IMG/VR virus record: IMGVR_UViG_3300046000_000230
Location: 1 to 32,011 of that record
Source: a virus
Lineage: Duplodnaviria; Caudoviricetes
Length of the DNA: 32,011 nt
Strand: one strand, 5' to 3'
In this document: positions 1 through 9,320 of the stretch, one piece after another
How the letters are laid out: every line of letters starts with the position of its first letter
Numbering within the stretch: position 1 is the stretch's first letter
Translations under genes and position numbers: made by a program
The notes under the pieces: model-generated
Seen by the model: the letters and a program-made list of their open reading frames with translations, nothing else
The model's database searches: none
Told to the model about the DNA's origin: nothing

Positions 1-3
1 AAA

Positions 4-129
4 AGTATCAGGATGAAAAAGTACTGTTGCTGACCTACTATGGTCTTGTGCCTCGTGAGTACCTGAACAACTTGGCAGAAAATAAAGACATCGTTGACTT
101 GTTCCCTGAGAACTCAGCGGCTGAAGACT
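4..129. repeat. 126-bp terminal direct repeat, left copy (circular assembly overlap)
   Basis: 4-129 is identical to 31886-32011, giving a unit length of 31,882 bp. Bases 1-3 (aaa) do not match the circular context (gcc). Confidence 0.95.
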
Positions 130-1322
130 ACACCGACATGGTTGAAGCCATTGTTGTGATTGCCAATGATGGCTTGTTGCTCAAAGCTGAAGAAAACCCA
201 TACATGATGAAAGATCGTCCTGTATTGAGTTACCAAGACGATACGATTCCTAATCGTTTGTTGGGTCGTGGCACAGTGGAAAAAGCATTCAATATGCAAA
301 AAGCCATTGATGCACAGACTCGCAGTCACTTAGATTCACTCGCATTAAGCACTTCCCCCATGATTGCGATGGATGCAACTCGTCTTCCAAGGGGCATGAA
401 GTTTGAGGTAAAGCCCGGAAAAGCTATTCTTACAAATGGCGCACCAAGCGAGATTCTTTACCCATTTAAGTTTGGTCAAACTGACCCCAACAACCTAGCC
501 ACTGCCAAAGAATTTGAGCGTATGTTGCTCCAAGCCACTGGAACATTGGATTCTCAGGGCATGGTCAGCCAATCTGCTCGTGATGGTGGTGGTATGTCGA
601 TGGCAGTAGCCTCGATCATCAAGAAATACAAGCGTACTTTGGTGAATTTCCAAGAAGATTTCTTGATTCCATTCATCAAAAAGGCGGCTTTCCGCTATAT
701 GCAGTTTGACCCAGAGCGTTATCCCTCTGTGGATATGAATTTTGTGCCTACTGCCACCCTTGGCATCATTGCTCGTGAGTATGAGCAACAGCAATTCATT
801 GGTTTGTTGCAGACTTTGGGTGCTGAGACTCCTGTTTTGCCGATTATCCTCAAGGGTATCGTTGCAAACTCTAGTTTGAGCAACCGAATGGAGTTGATTG
901 CCAAGTTGGATGAGATGATGCAACCCAATCCTGAGCAACAACAGATGCAACAGGCTCAACAGCAGTTGGCTATCCAAGCGGCACAGGCTCAAATTGCTGT
1001 AAACACTACAGCGGCAGAGCAAAATCGGGCTGAAGCACAGAAATTGATGGTTGAAACACAGTTAATGCCTCAAGAAGTTCAGACAAAGAACATGGCGGCA
1101 ATGACAAAGAATCTTCCTAATCAGGATGACCAAGCCTCCAAAGAGTTCGACAAGCGAGTTAAGATTGCCGAATTGATGTTGAAAGAAGCAGACATCAAAA
1201 ACAAGTCTAAGATTGTTGAACTGCAAATGGCAGAGAAAAACAACAAGATTTCAGGCATGGAAGAAGATTTCCTCAACCAATTGACCAAGCAATTGAGTTC
1301 TGCACAAACTGGTACTGAATAA
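4..1322 (+). CDS. Portal protein, 3' part (continues from 31129 across the junction; about 691 aa in total)
   Basis: ORF 27..1322 is in frame with the ORF starting at ATG 31129 once the overlap is collapsed. It follows terL and has a Q/A-rich helical C-terminus like P22-type portal barrels. Confidence 0.88.
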
Positions 1323-3943
1323 TGGATGTAGAAAAACTTGCCAAAGAGTTAATTCTCAAGAATATGACTCCTGAACAGCAGATGGCTGTTTTGGATTCAG
1401 TGCGTCAGTCAGTTCTTCAAGCCAAAGAAGTGCAAAAGAAGAAGATTGGTGAGAATGTTGACTTAGTTGTTCAAGCCCTGAAGAAGATTGAAGCTGACAT
1501 TCGTTCTCGCTATGACGATGTAGGCAATGCCATTGAAAAGCGTGTTGCTTCTATCAAAGATGGTCGTGATGGTATCAACGGCAAAGATGGAAGGGATGGC
1601 AAAGATGGAAAAGCAGGTCGAGATGGCTCAAAGGGTGATAAGGGTGACGCTGGTAGAGATGGGCGTGATGGAGTGGATGGTGTTGATGGTGTTTCTGTTA
1701 CCTCTGCTCGGATTGATTTTGATGGTAGTCTTATCATTGCATTGTCTTCTGGTATTGAACTCAATGTTGGTGAAGTTGTTGCTCCTGACCTTGCAGAACG
1801 CATCAAAGTCATTACTAATGGTGGCGGCACTTCTCAGTCTGTTCTTGATACTCTAGCCTCACTTCAGACTCAAATTGATAACCTGATTCCTAGTCAGACA
1901 GGAAATGCAGGAAAGTTTTTAACCACCAATGGCACAAGCACTTCATGGGCATCAGTTGCTGGTGGATTAAGTTATCAAGGCACTTGGAACGCATCTACCA
2001 ACACTCCTACGCTTGCAAGTAGCACTGGCACGAATGGCTATTACTATGTAGTCTCTGTTGCTGGAACTACAAACCTGAACGGCATCACTGATTGGCAAGC
2101 AGGGGATTGGTTGATTTTCAATGGTTCAACTTGGCAAAAGATTGACCAAAGTTGGGCTATTGCTGGCGCAAACGACAACATCACCTCAATGACAGGCATC
2201 ACAGGTGGCATTTCATCACCTGATTTTGTGCAGTTTGATACCACCGCAACAAATACAAATTCTGTTGGTAAGTTGTATTGGGATGACACTCAAAAGACTT
2301 TGACTGTTGGTTTGACAACTAACATTGCCGCTGATATTGGTCAGACTTTGTATGCTTATGTCACTAATGATGAAGCTATAACGATCAACAAAGGTCAGCC
2401 TGTCTATATGTATTCGGCACAGGGTGATCGGGTATCTGTTAAGTTGGCATACAACACTGGTGACGCAACATCAGCTAAGACGCTTGGTGTTTGTGCTGAG
2501 GACATTGCCGCTGGACAAGCTGGTTTGGTTCTTTGCCAAGGTGTTCAAGATGGGTTGAACCTTGGAGCGTATACGGCAGGAGATACTTTGTATCTTGGTG
2601 CAACAGCAGGAACATTAACTGCAACCAAGCCTTACGCACCTAACCACCTTGTTTATATTGGCGTGGTTGAAAGAGCCAACAGCGGCAATGGTCGTTTGTA
2701 TGTTCGTATACAAAACGGCTATGAGATGGATGAGTTGCACAATGTGTCTGCTCAGAATGCTACTGATGGTCAAGTCTTAATCTATAACGACACTACAAAT
2801 CTTTGGGAAAAGAACACACTAACTGATGGCACAGGTATAACCATTACTGAGGGTGCTGGTTCAATCACCATTGCCAACTCAGGCGTGTTATCAGCCATTG
2901 CTGGTACTGGCATCTCTGTTTCAGGTGCTACTGGTAATGTGACTATTTCCAATACAGGTGTTACTTCTGTTGGCGTTACATCCCCTGTTGCGTCTACTGG
3001 TGGAACAACTCCAACAATCAGTTTGGCGGCAAATTATGGTGACACTCAGAACCCTTACGCATCTAAGACTGCAAACTATGTCTTAGCCGCACCTAATGGG
3101 TCTGCTGGTGTACCAACATTCAGAGCAATTGTTGCGGCTGATATTCCTACTCTGAATCAAAATACTACTGGTAGTGCCGCATCTTTATCTGCTACTTTAG
3201 CTGTTAGTTCTGGTGGTACTGGTCAAACAAGTTATACAGATGGACAACTTCTCATTGGCAACACAACTGGAAACACTCTTACAAAAGCAACATTAACTGC
3301 AGGGACAGGAATAGCTATTACAAATGGTAATGGTTCAATTTCAATTGCCTCAACTTCGACAGGAACAGTTACAAGTGTTGCGGCAACAGTGCCATCATTT
3401 TTGTCTATTTCAGGTTCACCAATTACAACAAGTGGAACATTAGCAATTGGATTATCAGGTACTGCTTTACCAGTTGCTAATGGTGGTACAGGTGTTACAA
3501 CTTCTACTGGTTCAGGTGCAGTTGTATTAGGAACATCCCCAACACTGACAACACCAACCATTAACTCTGCACAAGTTGCTACTGTGTCTGGTACTGCACC
3601 AATCTATATGTGTCGTGCTTGGATTAACTTTAATGGAACAGGTACTCCAGCTATTCGTGGCAGTGGGAATGTATCAAGCATTACGGATAATGGAACTGGC
3701 GATTACACAATTAACTTAACAACAGCAATGCCTGATGTTAATTATTGTGTATCAGGTTCAAGTGCAAATACAAATTACACAGCAACAAACAGTGGATATG
3801 CAGGTGGTTTTGGTTTAAAGAGTGCGGCATTTACTACCTCAGCATTCACAATTGGAACATCAGATGTGACTAGAACATCAACTGCGTTAAACATTGTTGC
3901 GGCATCAGACGCAAGTCATATTTGTATTACAGTATTTAGATAA
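1322..3943 (+). CDS. Fibre protein (873 aa): N-terminal coiled coil, collagen-like stretch, G/T/S-rich fibre repeats
   Basis: Contains (Gly-X-Y)15, a YQGTWNASTNTPTL motif, SGGTG/NGGTG repeats and a C-terminal RAWINFNG...NVSSITDNGTGDYTIN tip typical of phage fibres. Confidence 0.8.
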   Translation: MDVEKLAKELILKNMTPEQQMAVLDSVRQSVLQAKEVQKKKIGENVDLVVQALKKIEADIRSRYDDVGNAIEKRVASIKDGRDGINGKDGRDGKDGKAGRDGSKGDKGDAGRDGRDGVDGVDGVSVTSARIDFDGSLIIALSSGIELNVGEVVAPDLAERIKVITNGGGTSQSVLDTLASLQTQIDNLIPSQTGNAGKFLTTNGTSTSWASVAGGLSYQGTWNASTNTPTLASSTGTNGYYYVVSVAGTTNLNGITDWQAGDWLIFNGSTWQKIDQSWAIAGANDNITSMTGITGGISSPDFVQFDTTATNTNSVGKLYWDDTQKTLTVGLTTNIAADIGQTLYAYVTNDEAITINKGQPVYMYSAQGDRVSVKLAYNTGDATSAKTLGVCAEDIAAGQAGLVLCQGVQDGLNLGAYTAGDTLYLGATAGTLTATKPYAPNHLVYIGVVERANSGNGRLYVRIQNGYEMDELHNVSAQNATDGQVLIYNDTTNLWEKNTLTDGTGITITEGAGSITIANSGVLSAIAGTGISVSGATGNVTISNTGVTSVGVTSPVASTGGTTPTISLAANYGDTQNPYASKTANYVLAAPNGSAGVPTFRAIVAADIPTLNQNTTGSAASLSATLAVSSGGTGQTSYTDGQLLIGNTTGNTLTKATLTAGTGIAITNGNGSISIASTSTGTVTSVAATVPSFLSISGSPITTSGTLAIGLSGTALPVANGGTGVTTSTGSGAVVLGTSPTLTTPTINSAQVATVSGTAPIYMCRAWINFNGTGTPAIRGSGNVSSITDNGTGDYTINLTTAMPDVNYCVSGSSANTNYTATNSGYAGGFGLKSAAFTTSAFTIGTSDVTRTSTALNIVAASDASHICITVFR
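1562..1696 (+). repeat. Collagen-like (Gly-X-Y)15 coding repeat
   Basis: GRD GIN GKD GRD GKD GKA GRD GSK GDK GDA GRD GRD GVD GVD GVS. Confidence 0.9.
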
Positions 3944-3951
3944 AGTAAACC

Positions 3952-4143
3952 ATGAACTCAAGAATTATTTACCCAACAGACGATGGTGGTGTTGCAGTCA
4001 TCATTCCAACCATTGAATGCGGATTAACCATTGAGGAAATTGCCGCCAAGGATGTTCCTACTGGCAAGCCCTACAAGATTGTTGATGTAGCTGACATTCC
4101 ATCAGACCGCACATTCCGCAACGCATGGGAGTATTCAGAGTGA
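3952..4143 (+). CDS. Putative fibre assembly chaperone, part 1
   Basis: Lies directly after the fibre gene; KDVP..PYKIVD..DIP.DRTFRNAW resembles small fibre-associated proteins. Confidence 0.6.
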   Translation: MNSRIIYPTDDGGVAVIIPTIECGLTIEEIAAKDVPTGKPYKIVDVADIPSDRTFRNAWEYSE

Positions 4144-4361
4144 TTACCATCAACATTGACAAAGCCAAAACCATTGCCCATGATGCTAGACGCATAGCAC
4201 GAACGATTGAGTTTGCGCCTTTGGACATTAAAGCAACCATTCCCTCTGAAGCAACAGCGGCAGAAGCGGCAAGGCAAGTTGTGCGTGATAAGTACGCCAC
4301 CATGCAAACAGCCATTGATGCGGCAACCACTCTTGACGAGATCAAAGCGGCTATGCCATGA
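4140..4361 (+). CDS. Putative fibre assembly chaperone, part 2
   Basis: GTG start at 4140 overlaps the previous stop (GTGA). Helical protein ending IDAATTLDEIKAAMP. Confidence 0.55.
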   Translation: MITINIDKAKTIAHDARRIARTIEFAPLDIKATIPSEATAAEAARQVVRDKYATMQTAIDAATTLDEIKAAMP

Positions 4362-4819
4362 CTTCAGAACTACAAAAGTATTCCTTAGAAGACTCTTTTA
4401 AATTAGAGTTTTCTGATGTTGAAATTACAACAAAATCTTGTGGGTTATGCTATGAAAAAAAGCCATTTAGCGAATTTTTAAAAAATGTCCGCTACAAAGA
4501 TGGCTATTACAAACATTGTAGAAAATGCCATTATGAGGTTTATGGTAGAGACTCCCACTACAGAAGAACTTATGGCGTTACGCAACATGAATATAACTTA
4601 ATGGTTGCAAAACAAGGAAGTAAGTGCAAAGTATGTGAAGTAGAGGCTGGTGATGGTCACATGAGTAGATTAGTTGTTGATCATTGTCATAAAAGTAATG
4701 AAATGCGTGGTTTAATATGCCAAAATTGTAATATGGCATTAGGAAATGCTAAAGATAATTCTGAAATCTTAAGAAAACTAGCTGATTACTTGGATGAATT
4801 TTATGACCCCAGAACTTGA
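4358..4819 (+). CDS. Free-standing endonuclease VII-like HNH (putative homing) endonuclease
   Basis: N-terminal CxxC..CxxC, then CKVC...VDHCH...RGLICQNCNMALG...LRKLADYL (Endo VII signature). Looks more AT-rich than its flanks. Confidence 0.85.
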   Translation: MTSELQKYSLEDSFKLEFSDVEITTKSCGLCYEKKPFSEFLKNVRYKDGYYKHCRKCHYEVYGRDSHYRRTYGVTQHEYNLMVAKQGSKCKVCEVEAGDGHMSRLVVDHCHKSNEMRGLICQNCNMALGNAKDNSEILRKLADYLDEFYDPRT

Positions 4820-5042
4820 CAAATATTACTCCAGCCGATTTGAAATGATGGGGATGGATGGATGGAAGGATTTAATTATTGATATTGACAATATGATAGA
4901 GTCACTCAATAATATAAGCGTGATTCCTGATGAAAAGACTTTGCAATTCCGCAAAGGAGAACTTTCCATTTTGACTTGGCTGAAAACCTTGAGAGAGGTC
5001 AGCGAACGAGCCTACGAGGAATTGAATGAAAAGAATGTATGA
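4803..5042 (+). CDS. Small head-module protein (MTPELDKYY...)
   Basis: Helical protein with an L.FRKGEL motif, lying between the portal and scaffold genes. Confidence 0.7.
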   Translation: MTPELDKYYSSRFEMMGMDGWKDLIIDIDNMIESLNNISVIPDEKTLQFRKGELSILTWLKTLREVSERAYEELNEKNV

Positions 5043-5253
5043 ATTTGTCTGCGAAAGTGGACACAGAATTGAGAGGTACTGTGATTATGAGGCACAGGAA
5101 ACTCAATGTGAGTGCGGTGGTTCAGCCAATCGCACAATCAGCGCACCAAGCGTCAACTTGGAAGGTTGGTCGGGTCATTTTCCATCCTCATGGATGAAAT
5201 TTGACAAGAAACACCGAGACAAATTGGCGCATGAGCGCAAAGCCACAACATAA
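5026..5253 (+). CDS. FmdB-like zinc-ribbon protein
   Basis: YEFVCESGH...CECGG...RTISAP pattern. Confidence 0.7.
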   Translation: MKRMYEFVCESGHRIERYCDYEAQETQCECGGSANRTISAPSVNLEGWSGHFPSSWMKFDKKHRDKLAHERKATT

Positions 5254-5309
5254 GCATTTATGCCGTTGTGATCTCCTAGAACCCAAAAGTGGCAGGAAAA
5301 AGGAAAAAT

Positions 5310-6071
5310 ATGTTGATTGATAACCCAGACGAGTCGCAGAGTGAGTTAGACATTGTTGAGAGTCAGAAACTTGACTCAATCCTTGAGCAATCGTCAGATG
5401 ATGTCCCTGAAAAATACAAGGGAAAACAGTTATCTGACATTATCAAGATGCACCAAGAGGCTGAAAAGCTCATTGGTAAGCAAGCTCAAGAGGTTGGTGA
5501 GGTTAGAAAGCTCGCAGATGAACTCATTAAGCAAAACCTTGCTGGCAAAGCTCAACCTATTAAAGAGGAAGAACCCGAAGTAGATTTTTTCGAGAATCCA
5601 CAGGCGGCTGTTCGTAAGACTGTTGACAATCATCCTGATGTACTTGCGGCTAGACAAGCTAGTCAAGACTTCAAGAAGATGCAGATTCAGCAAAAGCTGG
5701 CGCAAGAACACCCTGATTTCGGTCAGATTGTTCAAGACCAAGACTTTGCGAATTGGGTGAAATCTTCACCTGTTCGCATTAGCTTGTATGCAAAGGCTGA
5801 TGGTGAATATGATTACGACAGTGCTAACGAATTGTTGAGCACCTACAAGCAATTGAAGGGCATTAAGGCAAAACAGACTAGCGAAGCAGGGGAAACCCAA
5901 CGCAAGTCAAACCTTAAGGCGGCAACTGTTGATGTTGGTGGTACTGGAGAGTCTGGAAAACGAGTTTACCGAAGGGCTGACCTTATTCGGCTGAAGATGC
6001 AAGACCCTGCAAGATACGATGCCCTCAGTGATGAAATCATGGCGGCATACGCAGAAGGCAGAGTTAAGTAA
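5310..6071 (+). CDS. Capsid scaffolding protein
   Basis: Acidic coiled-coil protein directly before the capsid gene, with PEKYKGK and a C-terminal AYAEGRVK. AGGA RBS precedes ATG 5310. Confidence 0.75.
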   Translation: MLIDNPDESQSELDIVESQKLDSILEQSSDDVPEKYKGKQLSDIIKMHQEAEKLIGKQAQEVGEVRKLADELIKQNLAGKAQPIKEEEPEVDFFENPQAAVRKTVDNHPDVLAARQASQDFKKMQIQQKLAQEHPDFGQIVQDQDFANWVKSSPVRISLYAKADGEYDYDSANELLSTYKQLKGIKAKQTSEAGETQRKSNLKAATVDVGGTGESGKRVYRRADLIRLKMQDPARYDALSDEIMAAYAEGRVK

Positions 6072-6102
6072 CCCTAACTTTTGATCTTTTTGGAGTACAC
6101 AA

Positions 6103-7086
6103 ATGGCAACATCATTTTCCCCTAGTAACTCAGTTACTACCACCACAGCGGCGAATTTCATCCCTGAAATTTGGTCAGACGAAATCGTTGCGGCTTATAA
6201 AAAGAACCTTGTTTTAGCCAACTTGGTTATGAAGATGAACTTCAAGGGCAAGAAAGGTGACACTGTTCACATTCCTGCACCTACTCGTGGTTCTGCTTCT
6301 GCCAAAGCCGCTGAGACAGCAGTCACTTTGATTGCCGCTACCGAGTCTGAAGTCCAAGTGTCTATCAACAAGCACTATGAATATAGCCGCTTGATCGAAG
6401 ACATCGTGGAAGCACAAGCTCTGAACTCCATGCGTCAGTTCTACACTTCTGATGCTGGCTACGCCTTGGCTCGTCAAGTTGATACCGACTTGGTGCAGTT
6501 GGGTCGTTTGGCTAATGGTGGTTCTACTGGTGCTCAGTACGGCTCTGCCTTTATTGGCGGTGACGGAACAACCGCTTTTGACTACACCGCAAACACCAAC
6601 ACTGGTAATGCGTCTGCTCTGACTGATGCCGCAATTCGCCGCACCATTCAGCGTTTGGATGACAACGACACTCCTATGGATGGTCGTTTCTTCCTGATTC
6701 CTCCCTCAAGCCGCAACACTTTGATGGGTCTGGCTCGCTACACCGAACAAGCATTTGTCGGTAATGGCAACGCTATCCAGAATGGTGAAATCGGCAACCT
6801 GTATGGTATCCCTGTGTTCACTTCTAGCAATGCTGACTCAGCTTCTGCTACATCAACATTCCCTGCATCTGGTTCTGCCATTGCTCGTGTCTGCTTGATG
6901 GGTCACAAGGACTCTATGGTTCTGGTTGAGCAAGTTGGTGTGCGTTCACAAGTTCAGTACAAGCAAGAATACCTTGCAACACTGTTCACAAGTGACACTC
7001 TGTATGGCGTAGCCGCCTTGCGTAGTGCCGCTACTGTGGGTGCGGCTAAGTCCTCATCCATGTTTGCTTTGGTTGTTCCTAGCTAA
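6103..7086 (+). CDS. Major capsid protein (P22 coat-like)
   Basis: 327 aa with FIPEIWS, KGDTVHIP, GEIGNLYGIPV and DTLYGV motifs; GGAG RBS; followed by a terminator. Confidence 0.9.
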   Translation: MATSFSPSNSVTTTTAANFIPEIWSDEIVAAYKKNLVLANLVMKMNFKGKKGDTVHIPAPTRGSASAKAAETAVTLIAATESEVQVSINKHYEYSRLIEDIVEAQALNSMRQFYTSDAGYALARQVDTDLVQLGRLANGGSTGAQYGSAFIGGDGTTAFDYTANTNTGNASALTDAAIRRTIQRLDDNDTPMDGRFFLIPPSSRNTLMGLARYTEQAFVGNGNAIQNGEIGNLYGIPVFTSSNADSASATSTFPASGSAIARVCLMGHKDSMVLVEQVGVRSQVQYKQEYLATLFTSDTLYGVAALRSAATVGAAKSSSMFALVVPS

Positions 7087-7094
7087 TTGCAGTT

Positions 7095-7135
7095 GTCCCT
7101 CCTACTTCTAGCAATAGAGGTAGGGGGACTTTTTT
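7095..7135 (+). terminator. Rho-independent terminator after the capsid gene
   Basis: gtccctcctacttcta-gcaa-tagaggtagggggac followed by T6. Confidence 0.85.
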
Positions 7136-7156
7136 AACCTATTAGGAGAAACAAAA

Positions 7157-7483
7157 ATGGCAGCAGCAACAGCAGTCGTTTCCCGCCGTGGAAACGATCA
7201 ATTTCGTGGCTTGTTTACAGACACTTGGGATGTTTCTTGTACTTTGGATACGGCATTAATTGCTACCACTGCTACAACTACAGACACAGTAACTGTTGCA
7301 GGAGTGGCTTTGGGTGACATGGTTCTTGGTATGTCAGTTGGTGTAAGTGAAGCTGGTTTGGTTCGCCGAGCCTATGTTTCAGCCGCTAACACTGTGACTA
7401 TCGTTAGCTACAACCCAACAGCAGGCGATGTTAATTTGGCTTCAACTACATTACAACTTATCATTGGTCGTGCTGTAGTTTAA
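7157..7483 (+). CDS. Putative capsid decoration protein
   Basis: Small T/V/A-rich beta protein directly after the capsid gene; AGGAG RBS. Confidence 0.6.
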   Translation: MAAATAVVSRRGNDQFRGLFTDTWDVSCTLDTALIATTATTTDTVTVAGVALGDMVLGMSVGVSEAGLVRRAYVSAANTVTIVSYNPTAGDVNLASTTLQLIIGRAVV

Positions 7484-7487
7484 TGAT

Positions 7488-7516
7488 AGGGGGGCTAGTC
7501 CCCCCTTTCTTATTTA
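7488..7516 (+). terminator. Rho-independent terminator
   Basis: agggggg-ctagt-cccccct followed by ttcttattt. Confidence 0.7.
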
Positions 7517-7525
7517 AGGGGTTTT

Positions 7526-7747
7526 ATGGCTACTTTTCGTTGTCTTCAATCGGGTAATTGCGTGACTTTTACCCTCCAACATGACATTGATTCCATGAAG
7601 GGTCATCAGGGTTATGTGAGAGTTGATGAATCAGAAGTAACCATAGAATCTGTAGAATCAGAAGTTAGAACAGATACCGCCTTTCGTGCGCCTGTCATTC
7701 CCACAATTAAGCGTATGGGTAGACCAAGAAAGGTAGCAAATGTCTGA
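7526..7747 (+). CDS. Hypothetical protein with C-terminal AT-hook-like GRPRK
   Basis: ORF in operon context ending KRMGRPRKVANV. Confidence 0.6.
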   Translation: MATFRCLQSGNCVTFTLQHDIDSMKGHQGYVRVDESEVTIESVESEVRTDTAFRAPVIPTIKRMGRPRKVANV

Positions 7748-7943
7748 AGTTGACGCAAGAGAATTTGGCAAACTAGAAGCTCAAGTTGAGGCTCTCCAAA
7801 AAGAAGTTCATAACTTAAGTTCTGATGTAAAAGCCCTTTTAGAACTTGCCAATAAAGGCAAAGGTGGGTTTTGGGGTGGAATGATGGTTGCGTCTGCCGT
7901 TGGTGGATTGATTACTTTTGTGGCTGACAGAGTTTTTAAATAA
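7740..7943 (+). CDS. Small coiled-coil protein with C-terminal TM helix
   Basis: Heptad N-terminus, then KGGFWGGMMVASAVGGLITFVA. Confidence 0.65.
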   Translation: MSEVDAREFGKLEAQVEALQKEVHNLSSDVKALLELANKGKGGFWGGMMVASAVGGLITFVADRVFK

Positions 7944-7953
7944 GGAGAACGCT

Positions 7954-8139
7954 ATGCCGATGGTTGGAAAAAAGAAGTTTCCCTACTCTGAAAAAGGGGA
8001 GAAAGAAGCAAAAGAATACGGCAAGAAAAAGGGTGTTCCTGTGACCATCATGGTTGCTATTGGAAAACCCAAAGGTATGCCTATGCGAGGTGGCAGAACT
8101 GCTACCAACATGATGAAGAAATCCTCAAGAGGTAAATAA
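7954..8139 (+). CDS. Small basic protein
   Basis: AAGGAG RBS before ATG 7954; K-rich (MPMVGKKKFPYSEKG...). Confidence 0.7.
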   Translation: MPMVGKKKFPYSEKGEKEAKEYGKKKGVPVTIMVAIGKPKGMPMRGGRTATNMMKKSSRGK

Positions 8140-8423
8140 TGTCATCTTTAACCGCACCAATCACACTCCTAAATGCTGTTGTCGCAACTGGAGAATCTAA
8201 AGCTGTACAAGTCGATACTGGTCAACCAGCATTTTTGCAAGTTTCAGGAATTACATCAGCTACTGTTGCACTGCAAGGTAGCCTTGATGGTACAAACTGG
8301 TCAACCATTGGCACTGCTCTGACTGCTAACGGCATTATTACTGTCCAAAATGCTCCTAAGTATTTACGAGCAAACTGCACTGTTTTTGTAACTGGCACGA
8401 TCACAGCCAAAATCATGTACTAA
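8139..8423 (+). CDS. Small beta-rich putative virion protein
   Basis: TAATG coupling; ATVALQGSLDGTNW motif. Confidence 0.65.
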   Translation: MSSLTAPITLLNAVVATGESKAVQVDTGQPAFLQVSGITSATVALQGSLDGTNWSTIGTALTANGIITVQNAPKYLRANCTVFVTGTITAKIMY

Positions 8424-8434
8424 GGAGAAACCCT

Positions 8435-8602
8435 ATGAAGATGACTAAATCACAGAAAAAGGTCAAGAAAGTCATGGGGGAGTACAAAGAGGGAACTCTG
8501 CACTCTGGTAAAGGTGGCAAGGTTGTAAAGAACCCTCGCCAAGCAGTTGCCATTGCTTTGAGTGAAGCAGGGATGTCTAAGCCAAAGAAGAAGATGAAAT
8601 GA
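8435..8602 (+). CDS. Small basic protein, DUF6496-like (55 aa, not in ORF track)
   Basis: AAGGAG RBS; MKMTKSQKKVKKVMGEYKEGTLHSGKGGKVVKNPRQAVAIALSEAGMSKPKKKMK. Confidence 0.75.
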   Translation: MKMTKSQKKVKKVMGEYKEGTLHSGKGGKVVKNPRQAVAIALSEAGMSKPKKKMK

Positions 8603-8757
8603 AAACTGGCTTGTACTCAAACATCAATGCAAAACAGGCTCGTATCAAGGCAGGGTCTGGTGAAAAGATGCGAAAAGTAGGTTCTAAAGGCGCGCCTACT
8701 GCTGAAGCATTTAAACAAGCGGCAAAGACTGCAAAGAAACCAAAAAAGGGGAAATAG
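8599..8757 (+). CDS. Small basic protein (52 aa, not in ORF track)
   Basis: ATGA overlap; MKTGLYSNINAKQARIKAGSGEKMRKVGSKGAPTAEAFKQAAKTAKKPKKGK. Confidence 0.75.
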   Translation: MKTGLYSNINAKQARIKAGSGEKMRKVGSKGAPTAEAFKQAAKTAKKPKKGK

Positions 8758-8799
8758 ATGAAAACTCCATCTTGGCAACGCTCCAAATGGATACGTTAA
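8758..8799 (+). pseudogene. 13-codon stub MKTPSWQRSKWIR*, apparent remnant 5' end of the gene now at 9313
   Basis: ATG directly follows the upstream TAG; KTPSWQR matches KTPAWQR of 9313..9621 (16/20 nt). Confidence 0.65.
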
Positions 8800-9320
8800 A
8801 AAATACAATCAAAGAATGTACTAACTGTGGTGTTACAAAAACTTTAGACTTGTTTTATACAACAGGGAAAAAAGTTGATGGATCACCAAAGTACAACTCG
8901 TGGTGTAAAAAATGTATTTCTGTTAAGCAGGTTTCTTATCACAAACGTACTTGGGGTGAAGAAAAACTCCAATACCATGCTTTTAAACGTACCAAGTCTG
9001 TGCGTACATACTTACAGTATTTAAGATCAAAAGCATTGCAACGGAAAAAAGGAAATGAAGTAATTTCTTTAGATGCGTTGGAATTGTTGTGGTACTCCCA
9101 AAATGGCAATTGTGCCTTAACAGGATGGCAAATGACAATGGAACTTGCAAATGGGGTAGTTCAGACAAATTGCAGTATAGATAGGATTGATTCCTCCATT
9201 GGATATATTGTTGGGAACGTACAACTTGTTTGCAGAATAGCAAATATTGCAAAAACCAATCTTAGCCAAGATGATTTTTATAAACTTTGTAAAGCAGTTT
9301 TGGAGAATTTAGATGCTTAA
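8787..9320 (+). CDS. Free-standing HNH-like (beta-beta-alpha-Me) putative homing endonuclease
   Basis: N-terminal CTNC..CKKC; catalytic-type CALTG...SIDRIDSSIGY..GNVQLVC...N.AK; AT-rich. Start is ATG 8787 or TTG 8772. Confidence 0.75.
   Translation: MDTLKNTIKECTNCGVTKTLDLFYTTGKKVDGSPKYNSWCKKCISVKQVSYHKRTWGEEKLQYHAFKRTKSVRTYLQYLRSKALQRKKGNEVISLDALELLWYSQNGNCALTGWQMTMELANGVVQTNCSIDRIDSSIGYIVGNVQLVCRIANIAKTNLSQDDFYKLCKAVLENLDA

Noticed and set aside
4-129. Terminal repeat as a biological direct terminal repeat
   Set aside because: It falls mid-portal and its 126-bp length resembles an assembler k-mer overlap, so it is best read as a circularisation artefact.
1527-1856. +1 frame ORF over the collagen repeat
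   Set aside because: It is Met/Val-rich simply because of repeated GAT-GGN codons, with no independent support.
1322-3943. Diversity-generating retroelement or invertible fibre cassette
   Set aside because: I found no reverse transcriptase, invertase or template/variable repeat pair.
4358-9320. The endonucleases as group I intron- or intein-encoded
   Set aside because: There is no flanking non-coding room for a ribozyme core and no intein terminal motifs, and the downstream genes are intact with their own starts.
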